Source of the DNA: a candidate division TA06 bacterium B3_TA06
Lineage (GTDB): Bacteria; Hydrothermota; Tepidihabitantia; B3-TA06
Assembly: GCA_005223075.1 (NCBI GenBank)
Contig: NJBO01000002.1
Span: 113,221 to 177,220 of the forward strand
Direction of reading: 5' to 3'
Length of the DNA: 64,000 nucleotides
A model generated the notes under the pieces. The model made no database searches, was not told where the DNA came from, and saw only the letters and a program-made list of their open reading frames with translations. Shown here one piece after another: positions 17,464-24,450 of this stretch. Made by a program: the position numbers and the translations under genes. Within the stretch, counting starts at the first letter, position 1. Each line of letters begins with the position of its first letter.

Positions 17464-18069
17464 TTATTCCTCTTCGTTACCGGAAGGCGAGAAGTCCCTC
17501 CTGCACCCCAGGACGTGCCAGTGAAAACTCCCGGGGCTGGCTTGTTCCTCATCCCTTAGATCAATTATCTTAACATCCCGCAAGAGCGCCACCACATCGG
17601 CGGCATCACAGTAGTGAGTGAGCAGCCCATTCAGGCTGAGGCTAGCAGGTTCAACCTCCCTCCCCTTGCCGTAGTCGGCATGCCTCGTGGAGATAAGGGT
17701 TATGTAAAAGAAACCCTCCTCACGGAGCAGGGCAAGAAGTGAGTCAAGTGAACGCTTCAGCCCTTCGCGATCGGAGTGGTAGAGGGTGTTGAATGCAAGA
17801 ACAAAGTCAAAAGGCTTTCTGGGAACTGGCAACTCGTTAAGGGGCCCCTCGATCAACCTGGCTCGAAGCCCTTTATCCTCAAGCGTTTTTCTAAGTCCGG
17901 TGAGTGCCTCGCGGGATGGCTCGAGGACCGTGACTTCAAATCCCTCGCTGAGCAGAAGAGAGACAACCTCAACCTCCCCCACACCCACTTGAAGAACCCT
18001 ACGGACAGACCTTGCTCGCAGGAAAGGCAAAAGAACGCTTACGCGTCGCAGGGCATAGGATTCAGCCAT
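17464..18069 (-). CDS. Class-I SAM-dependent methyltransferase-like protein
   Basis: VLQVGVGEVEVVSLLLSEGFEVTVLEPS...FDFVLAFNTLYH follows methyltransferase motifs I/II/III, although motif I is atypical. Confidence 0.5.
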   Translation of the reverse strand: MAESYALRRVSVLLPFLRARSVRRVLQVGVGEVEVVSLLLSEGFEVTVLEPSREALTGLRKTLEDKGLRARLIEGPLNELPVPRKPFDFVLAFNTLYHSDREGLKRSLDSLLALLREEGFFYITLISTRHADYGKGREVEPASLSLNGLLTHYCDAADVVALLRDVKIIDLRDEEQASPGSFHWHVLGCRRDFSPSGNEEE

Positions 18070-18108
18070 TACTTCTCCCTCTCATGGTATCTATCCGAAA
18101 GGATTTCC

Positions 18109-18429
18109 CTAGTCTCTTCGGCGGATACGGCCACGCCGGCTTGCGTTAATGGTAGCTCCGCCGCCTCCACCCCATACGAAGATAACGCCAAGTAAGAACC
18201 CGAAGTCGTACCAGCCGCCGTTGTTGAAGCACTCATACATATTGACGTTCTTGGAGAACAGGGAGATGATGAAGGTTATGACTGAGATTATCCCATGCCA
18301 CAGCCCGGCCCAGAAACCGGCAGGATTCGCCGTATTCCAACGAGTAGGATCTCCTGCCGCACACCCCAGAAAAACCAACGCAAACAAAACCAAGAAGACA
18401 GGTAGATAGTTCCAACTAAATCTCTTCAT
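18109..18429 (-). CDS. Small membrane lipoprotein, unknown function
   Basis: Lipobox LVFLGCAAG, two further hydrophobic helices, Gly-rich and Arg-rich tail. TTGACT-16-TATAGT and AGGAGG lie upstream. Confidence 0.5.
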   Translation of the reverse strand: MKRFSWNYLPVFLVLFALVFLGCAAGDPTRWNTANPAGFWAGLWHGIISVITFIISLFSKNVNMYECFNNGGWYDFGFLLGVIFVWGGGGGATINASRRGRIRRRD

Positions 18430-18821
18430 TAGCTCCTCCTGCCTGAACTATACGCAAACGAAACGATTAGTCAAGGGTATCACCCCTCCCCGCCTCACCC
18501 CCTACCTTCCAACTCCCCTGCACCTCCTTCCCCACACCCTCGTCCCTTCCATTGATTCTCACCTCACTCCTCTCGATTCTGACTATCTCCTCTCCCCTGT
18601 TTTTAGAGAGCAATTATCATGCCAAGTAGACCGTCATCCAAACAACGTGTATACGAGGATTCCGGAACCCGGATCCATAAGGGAATCAAGGATTCTTAAG
18701 GATAAAGATAATCCTGTTTCACAACCGGTAAAATCACGTGATGCAACCAACAGCTTTTTGACCACCTATGAATTTGCCAATCCATCGTTGACATAACCCT
18801 TTTCCCGGATAGAGTCAAGGT

Positions 18822-19211
18822 GTGCAGGAGATCGTAATCAAACAACTTACCCCGGCCGATTACGAGAAGATAGTCGAGCTTTGGGAACGCGCCGGGCTTG
18901 TGGTTAAAACTAAAGGACGCGATTCTCGAGAAGCTCTAACCAGACAGATGAAGCAGAACCCAAAGTTCTTTCTGGGTGCCGAGGTTGAAAGCCAACTGGT
19001 AGGCGTAATCATAGCCTCAAGTGACGGCAAAAAGGGGCACCTTAACCGAATCGCGGTCCAGGCTCGCTACCGGGGCCAGGGCATCGCCCAGAGACTCACT
19101 CTTGCCGCAGAGGATGCTCTGAGGCAGGAGGGAATAAAGGTCATCACCTTGCTCGTCGAGCGCGATAACATCCCCAGCATCCAGTTGGCCCACAAGTTTG
19201 GCTACGTTTAG
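18822..19211 (+). CDS. GNAT N-acetyltransferase, YpeA-like, ending at an in-frame TAG
   Basis: Acetyl-CoA motif is RIAVQARYRGQGIAQRL. Overall collinear with E. coli YpeA as I remember it. The expected C-terminal strand is encoded after the TAG (19212-19259). Confidence 0.8.
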   Translation: MQEIVIKQLTPADYEKIVELWERAGLVVKTKGRDSREALTRQMKQNPKFFLGAEVESQLVGVIIASSDGKKGHLNRIAVQARYRGQGIAQRLTLAAEDALRQEGIKVITLLVERDNIPSIQLAHKFGYV

Positions 19212-19356
19212 CACCCGGACATAATCTACTTTTCCAAAATGGACTCGGAAGAGGATTAACCAGTTCATGGAAAATCGCAACATCTTGCCGAGATATTACG
19301 TCTAAGATATAGACAATCCGACTCAATCGTGTACTTAGAGAGTTTGATCATTGAGG

Positions 19357-19380
19357 GCCGGTGTAAGCACCGGCCTTTTT
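19357..19380 (+). terminator. Intrinsic terminator after the GNAT gene
   Basis: GGCCGGTG-TAAG-CACCGGCC followed by TTTTT. Confidence 0.75.
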
Positions 19381-19442
19381 ATAAAGATTGCAATATAGAC
19401 GCCTGGGATACACTCTGGACCAAAGGAAATACCTAAGGTGTG

Positions 19443-20453
19443 TTACGGGCAAGAGTGTGTGTTACGGGAACCCAGGATCTCGTTTGACTTTGGACGGTAG
19501 CCGTTTGCGAATGCCGCGGCATCCATCTGTGCTTTGCCCTCCGGCTTCACCTTCAGAACCTCAAGGAATCCTGATCCACACTGAACCACAAGTTTTCCGC
19601 TTTCAAGTATCATGCTTCCCGGGACTCCCGCACCCTCCTCATCGGCTATACGCGAGTGAACGATCTCAAGGCGCTTGCCTCTGAAAAAGGTATACGCCAG
19701 GGGTTCAGGCGAAAGCGCACGAACCAGGTTGTGTATCTTTCCTACCGGACGAGACCAGTCAATAAGTCGCTCTTCCTTGCGGATCTTGGGCGCCTTTGTA
19801 ATACCCTCGCTGGATTGAGGAGATGGTTTAAGCGTACCATCAAGAAGCCCTTCGATTGTCTTCTCCACCAGGTAGCCAGCTGCACGGCTCACGTGCTCGG
19901 CAAGGTCCCCGTAGGTATCATCAGGTTCTATCGGAAGGGGTTCGGAGAGAAGGATGCCGCCTGTGTCAACACGCTCGCTCATCTGGATGATCGTGATGCC
20001 GGTTTCTTCCTCCCCTTCCATGATAGCACGCTGCAGGGGAGCGGCACCTCGATAGGCGGGGAGTAGGGATGGATGGACGTTAATCGCCCAGCGCGGGATA
20101 GCAAGAAGTTTCCCTGAGAGTATCTGACCGTAGGCGAAGAGTACGAAGGCGTCAGGTTTATGTGATGCGCACCATTTTATAGATTCGGGGGAGTTAACAT
20201 CAAGGGGCTGGTATACCTCAACTCCTATCTCTAAAGCGGCCTGTTTGATCGCCGAGGGTTTAGGTCTCCTGCCGCGTCCAGCCCGCCGATCAGGGGCGGT
20301 TACCACCCCTGCCACCTGGCCTAACGAGACACACCGCCGCAAAAGGGGTATACCTATCGCGGCGGTGCCGAAGTAAAGAATCCTCAGGTTACTTCTTCTG
20401 TGAGACAACGGATTTGTCGATCTCCAATTCCGTCTTATCGGCGGTCTTGACAA
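19443..20453 (-). CDS. fmt: Methionyl-tRNA formyltransferase
   Basis: LRILYFGTAAIGIPLL..., INVHPSLLPAYRGAAPLQRAI and a C-terminal Fmt domain. The first ~22 codons of the track ORF overlap yajC. The conserved core starts at LRILYFG, where no canonical start codon exists, so the start is uncertain. Confidence 0.88.
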   Translation of the reverse strand: MSRPPIRRNWRSTNPLSHRRSNLRILYFGTAAIGIPLLRRCVSLGQVAGVVTAPDRRAGRGRRPKPSAIKQAALEIGVEVYQPLDVNSPESIKWCASHKPDAFVLFAYGQILSGKLLAIPRWAINVHPSLLPAYRGAAPLQRAIMEGEEETGITIIQMSERVDTGGILLSEPLPIEPDDTYGDLAEHVSRAAGYLVEKTIEGLLDGTLKPSPQSSEGITKAPKIRKEERLIDWSRPVGKIHNLVRALSPEPLAYTFFRGKRLEIVHSRIADEEGAGVPGSMILESGKLVVQCGSGFLEVLKVKPEGKAQMDAAAFANGYRPKSNEILGSRNTHSCP

Positions 20454-20832
20454 TGAAGCTTTCCTCCTTCACCCTGGTGATGGTTCCGATTACGCCGCCG
20501 TTAGTGACGATACGATCCCCCCGGTTCAACGACTTAAGCATCTCCTGGTGTTTCTTCTGCCGTCTGCGCTGTGGCAGAATCATAACGAGGTAGAATACAA
20601 CGAGTATACCCAGGAGTATAACCCACGTAATCCATGCCGGGCGTTTCTGCTTGGGTGGGGGTTGTTGTTGCTCCACTGCAGGCTGCTCTTCTGCCTCTTC
20701 TGCCTGAACCTCGGCTTCGCCGGTCTGGGCTGGCTGCACCACCTCGGTGGCTTGCTTTTCTGGCTGTCCAGGCTCCGCCGTGGGTGGGGCCTGACCGAGA
20801 AGCAAGAACAATAACGCAACTTTGCAAATCAT
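20389..20832 (-). CDS. yajC: Preprotein translocase subunit YajC with N-terminal signal-like segment and acidic/Pro-rich extension
   Basis: Core is VVFYLMILPQRRRQKKHQEMLKSLNRGDRIVTNGGVIGTITRV. GGAGG-N4-ATG at 20832. Confidence 0.85.
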   Translation of the reverse strand: MICKVALLFLLLGQAPPTAEPGQPEKQATEVVQPAQTGEAEVQAEEAEEQPAVEQQQPPPKQKRPAWITWVILLGILVVFYLVMILPQRRRQKKHQEMLKSLNRGDRIVTNGGVIGTITRVKEESFIVKTADKTELEIDKSVVSQKK

Positions 20833-21380
20833 CTGTCCTCCAATTTCGGTTTGATTACTAATTCTACACAAACACGCCCCCCTGTCAAATGCAGAATCTC
20901 GGCATCGAGCGTGTTCTGACCAACGACCCAGGCATAGGCGTGGCTCGGCATGTTGATGCGGGTTATGAGATAGCGAAGAAGGTGGCTAAGAAGCACTGGG
21001 TAAAGATTCCGATGAAATAGTGATTTCCCCTTCCCTGGTGGAAGGTGAGTAAGGGGAAGGGGATTCACCTCCTCCGACCTCTGCTCCGCAGAGGCCACCT
21101 CCTCCATCAAGGAGGAGGAGACTGGAATGTAAGGGTGGCGTTTGCGGAGTACCGAAGGGCGACGGTAACGGAGCTATCTCATATATCTGACGCACAGCAA
21201 TTAGAGAGGGTTTTTAATCCCCCTCATTTCGGATAGGTGGGTGATCAACGGATTGATGTATATCCCCGGATACAGCCACATATGAGATTACTCACTGCGT
21301 TCGTCCTTCGGTGCTACGTCCTGCTCTCTACGGTCGCAGTCCTCGCAACGACAGCTTGTTCCTCTGTGGTTTAGTGACTG

Positions 21381-21408
21381 TTGACACCGACAGCTAGCCA
21401 TTTATAAT
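21381..21408 (+). promoter_or_regulatory. Sigma70-type promoter TTGACA-16-TATAAT, 11 nt upstream of tRNA-Ala
   Basis: TTGACA at 21381-21386 and TATAAT at 21403-21408. Confidence 0.6.
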
Positions 21409-21419
21409 TCAGTCTAACC

Positions 21420-21492
21420 GGGGGCGTAGCTCAGCCGGGAGAGCACCTGCTTTGCAAGCAGGAAGTCGGCGGTTCGAGTCCGCTCGCCTCCA
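21420..21492 (+). tRNA. tRNA-Ala (anticodon UGC), no encoded CCA
   Basis: GGGGGCG acceptor stem pairing with CGCCTCC, including the G3:U70 pair. D-arm TAGCTCAGCCGGGAGAGC, anticodon loop CTTTGCAAG and T-arm GGTTCGAGTCC. Confidence 0.95.
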
Positions 21493-21498
21493 TTTTTT

Positions 21499-21706
21499 AC
21501 CCCACGCAGATACGTCGTATCTGCGTGGGGACCCCGATTATGCACCCCGCACGATCGCTACGCGCTCGTGCGGGGACCCCGATTAAAATGCTCCTTTTTG
21601 CCTCTGGCAAAAAGATCGGAAGTAATAAATCGAAAAGTCAACCCTTTAGGTTGGCTTTCATTATCTCCTCTGCGATCTTTTTACCCTCTAGGGTAAAAAG
21701 GAGCAT
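21499..21706. repeat. Cluster of intergenic palindromic modules: Y (21499-21535), Y (21543-21580), X (21588-21619), Z (21637-21655), X inverted (21670-21706)
   Basis: Y = CACCCC-hairpin-GGGGACCCC. X = ATGCTCCTTTT-hairpin-AAAAGATCGCAG. Z = GCCAACC..GGTTGGC. Compare the copies listed in findings. Confidence 0.85.
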
Positions 21707-21719
21707 GTTAACAAGGTAT

Positions 21720-21745
21720 GGCCGATCTTCGGATCGGCCTTTTTT
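21720..21745 (+). terminator. Intrinsic terminator
   Basis: GGCCGATC-TTCG-GATCGGCC followed by TTTTTT. Confidence 0.8.
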
Positions 21746-21811
21746 ACCCCTTGACAACTATCCAGGTTCACCTATAATTAGTCCAGGCTAACTTTTTTAG
21801 AGGAGTCTAAC

Positions 21812-22246
21812 ATGACAGCCTTGACTGAAGGCCTGCAGGACTATATTGAGGCGATACTCTTGTGTTCTGCCGAGCACAAGTTCGTTCGAACCAAGCATCT
21901 GGCTGAAAAGCTCGGTGTAAAGAGCCCCAGCGTAAATGCTGCGGTAAAGGAACTTGCTCGGCTCGGATTTGTTGAACACGAGTCTTACGGGTACATTGAA
22001 CTCACCGCCGAGGGTCGCAGACAAGCCGAATGCATCTACTCAAGACATAAGATCCTCTACCGCTTCTTTGCCAAGACCTTGAGCTTGCCCAACGACCTGG
22101 CAGAGGACACCGCTTGCGGTATTGAGCATCATCTTGACGAGCTGACACTTAAGAAGATAACCAAGCTTCTGGATTTTCTGGAACAAAAGATGAAGCAATC
22201 CGAGGAGTTCACGAGTGAACTCAGGAAGACGCTTGACAATGAGTGA
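21812..22246 (+). CDS. DtxR/MntR-family metal-dependent transcriptional repressor
   Basis: N-terminal wHTH (TEGLQDYIEAILL...VRTKHLAEKLGVKSPSVNAAVKELARLGFV) and a dimerisation/metal domain (SRHKILYRFF...EHHL). Lies directly upstream of feoAB. TTGACA-16-TATAAT and GAGGAG are upstream. Confidence 0.85.
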   Translation: MTALTEGLQDYIEAILLCSAEHKFVRTKHLAEKLGVKSPSVNAAVKELARLGFVEHESYGYIELTAEGRRQAECIYSRHKILYRFFAKTLSLPNDLAEDTACGIEHHLDELTLKKITKLLDFLEQKMKQSEEFTSELRKTLDNE

Positions 22247-22478
22247 GAAATTACTGACCGATCTTTCCATAAACGAAGAGGCTGAGATCGTGGAGATAAG
22301 GGGCGGACGGGGTATGCAGGCGCGGTTGAGGGCCCTGGGATTATCTGAAGGGCAGCATGTGAAGAAGCTATCCCATGTGGGGCTGGGCGGGCCGGTAGTC
22401 ATCCTCGTGAACCGCGCGCAGGTGGCGATTGGCCGGGGTATGGCTCGCAGGATTATAGTGAGGAGTAACGATGGCTAA
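22239..22478 (+). CDS. feoA: Ferrous iron transport protein A
   Basis: MSEKLLTDLSINEEAEIVEIRGGRGMQARLRALGLSEGQHVKKL... is a FeoA SH3-like domain. ATG 22239 overlaps the regulator stop. Confidence 0.8.
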   Translation: MSEKLLTDLSINEEAEIVEIRGGRGMQARLRALGLSEGQHVKKLSHVGLGGPVVILVNRAQVAIGRGMARRIIVRSNDG

Positions 22479-24360
22479 GGCGAACAAGGATTCCTCAAAA
22501 CCTACCAGGAAGCGAAAGCACGTAGCCTCAGACATTCTTCTTGTGGGACAGCCCAACGTTGGCAAGAGCGTTTTGTTCTCGCGCATGACCGGCATCCGCA
22601 CCATCGCCTCCAACTATCCAGGCACCACGGTAGGCTACACCTCAGGCAGGATGCGGTTTGCCAACGATATTTATGACGTAGTGGATGCTCCGGGCACCTA
22701 CTCGCTTGAGCCTTTAGACGACGCGGCAAAGGTGGCCGTTGATCTCATTGACGAAGCTAGGCGGATCATCAACGTAGTAGACGCGACCCACCTGGAGCGG
22801 CATCTCACCCTCACCCTTGAGCTTATCGCCCAGGGAAAACCGATGGTTGTTGCTCTAAACATGAGCGACGAGGCGCGGCACAAGGGAATCGAGATAGATG
22901 TCAGCAGACTGGCAAAGAGGCTGGGTGTACCGGTTATCCCGACGGTGGCCCGTACCGGCGAGGGAGTGAAAAGATTGATCCTGGCTACACTTTCACTAGA
23001 TCTGAAGAAAATAGGGAGGGAGGAGGGCGGCCATCCAGGGCACCATCCTCACATTGCCCATCATCCTGTCGGAAACCACACAAGGGGGCATAAGCATATA
23101 CCGGAGAAGAAGGCGTGGACAAAAGTAGGAGAGATTGTGGATGAGGTGCAAATTCTGCATCATCATCATCACACCTTCGGCCAGTGGTTTGAGGAGGCAA
23201 GCGTACATCCGGTCTGGGGCGGATTGGTTGCAATACTGGTTTTAGCCGTCTCCTTCATCCTCATCCGGATTATCGGCGAGTTCCTGATCGGAGGGGGGAT
23301 TGGGATCGTAGGAAATCCATGGGTCGAGCTCCCCTTCGGCACCGAGAAACTGTTCGAGGTTGCGTGGAAGCCTGTGATGATGAAGCTTTCCGGGTTATTG
23401 GGTGAGGGAAGCTTTCTGCACAATCTATTTATCGGCCAGCTCATCGGCGGCCAGATAGACTTCATGCAGTCCTTCGGGATATTGACTTCCGGTCTGTTTA
23501 TTCCTCTTGGAGCGGTGCTCCCCTACATCGTAAGCTTCTACTTCGTACTGGGGATATTGGAGGATACAGGTTATCTGCCCAGGCTGGCGGTGTTTTTGGA
23601 TAACATCATGCACCGGCTTGGACTGCACGGGTATGCAATAATACCAACGCTTCTGGGTCTGGGCTGCAACGTGCCCGGGGTGATGGCGACAAGGATTCTG
23701 GAGACAAAGCGGCAGCGCTTCATCACAGCTACGTTGATATCCATAGCCGTGCCGTGTGCGGCGCTTCAGGCGATGATTATCGGCCTTGTGGGCGAGCGCG
23801 GGTTATGGCCGGTGGCCCTGATCTACGGCATCCTTTTTGTGGTGTGGATTCTGATCGGGGTGATCCTGCGGTTCACCTCAAAAGGGTTCCGGCCAGAGCT
23901 TCTCATTGAGATCCCCCCTTACCGGGCACCTTCCTGGCGTGCTCTGGGCTCCAAGCTGTGGATGCGCATCACCGGTTTTTTAAAGGAAGCCTTGCCGGTT
24001 GTTTTGGGAGCAGTGGTTGTTGTTAACCTTCTCTATCAGTTCAACGTGTTCCGCTACATAGCCAGAGCCGCAGCACCTGTGGTGAGTTTCCTCTGGGGCC
24101 TGCCCAAGGAGGCCATCGCGCCCTTGCTGGTAGGGATATTAAGGAAAGACGTGGCTATCGGCATGTTCGCACCATTGAATCTGACAATCAAGCAGTTGGT
24201 GATCGGAAGCGTGGTTTTATCCATGTTCTTCCCCTGCATCGCGACCTTCGTTATCATGTTCCGTGAGCTGGGCCTAAAGGACGCGTTGAAATCTATAGGC
24301 ATCATGTTTATTGCCGTGATCATTGTAGGTACGGCCATAAACTTCCTCTGGCCGGGATGA
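22471..24360 (+). CDS. feoB: Ferrous iron transporter FeoB with a His-rich linker
   Basis: G1 motif is GQPNVGKS and G3 is DAPG. Has a polytopic membrane domain. A His-rich segment at ~23020-23175 includes HHHHH. Confidence 0.95.
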   Translation: MAKANKDSSKPTRKRKHVASDILLVGQPNVGKSVLFSRMTGIRTIASNYPGTTVGYTSGRMRFANDIYDVVDAPGTYSLEPLDDAAKVAVDLIDEARRIINVVDATHLERHLTLTLELIAQGKPMVVALNMSDEARHKGIEIDVSRLAKRLGVPVIPTVARTGEGVKRLILATLSLDLKKIGREEGGHPGHHPHIAHHPVGNHTRGHKHIPEKKAWTKVGEIVDEVQILHHHHHTFGQWFEEASVHPVWGGLVAILVLAVSFILIRIIGEFLIGGGIGIVGNPWVELPFGTEKLFEVAWKPVMMKLSGLLGEGSFLHNLFIGQLIGGQIDFMQSFGILTSGLFIPLGAVLPYIVSFYFVLGILEDTGYLPRLAVFLDNIMHRLGLHGYAIIPTLLGLGCNVPGVMATRILETKRQRFITATLISIAVPCAALQAMIIGLVGERGLWPVALIYGILFVVWILIGVILRFTSKGFRPELLIEIPPYRAPSWRALGSKLWMRITGFLKEALPVVLGAVVVVNLLYQFNVFRYIARAAAPVVSFLWGLPKEAIAPLLVGILRKDVAIGMFAPLNLTIKQLVIGSVVLSMFFPCIATFVIMFRELGLKDALKSIGIMFIAVIIVGTAINFLWPG

Positions 24361-24416
24361 CGCAGCAAAAACCTAGGTTAGTATGTGTCAGTTGCCCAAC
24401 TACCCACAAAGATAGC

Positions 24417-24445
24417 TTGACACGTGCGGCTGACGGCTCTATAAT
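24417..24445 (+). promoter_or_regulatory. Consensus promoter TTGACA-17-TATAAT, 5 nt from ATG 24451 (leaderless)
   Basis: TTGACACGT at 24417 and TATAAT at 24440-24445. No Shine-Dalgarno sequence. Confidence 0.6.
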
Positions 24446-24450
24446 GTTCC

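Noticed and set aside
20829-21236. ORFs 20829..21110, 20986..21195 and 21045..21236 upstream of yajC.
   Set aside because: The region consists of dispersed repeat boxes (GGGGATTCACC, AAGATTCCGATGAA..., CTCCATCAAGGAGGAG hairpin) also seen at 44530-44660 and 46100-46170. There are no RBS or coding signals.
21499-21706. The clustered palindromic modules (also at 28934-29308 and 57637-57837) as a CRISPR array.
   Set aside because: There is no constant repeat separated by unique spacers of fixed length. The conserved parts are the flanks of variable hairpins, copies occur in both orientations, and no cas genes are present.
24054-24368. Antisense ORFs 24054..24368 and 26816..27271, which resemble each other.
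   Set aside because: Their similarity is merely the reverse-strand translation of the duplicated feoB 3' sequence.
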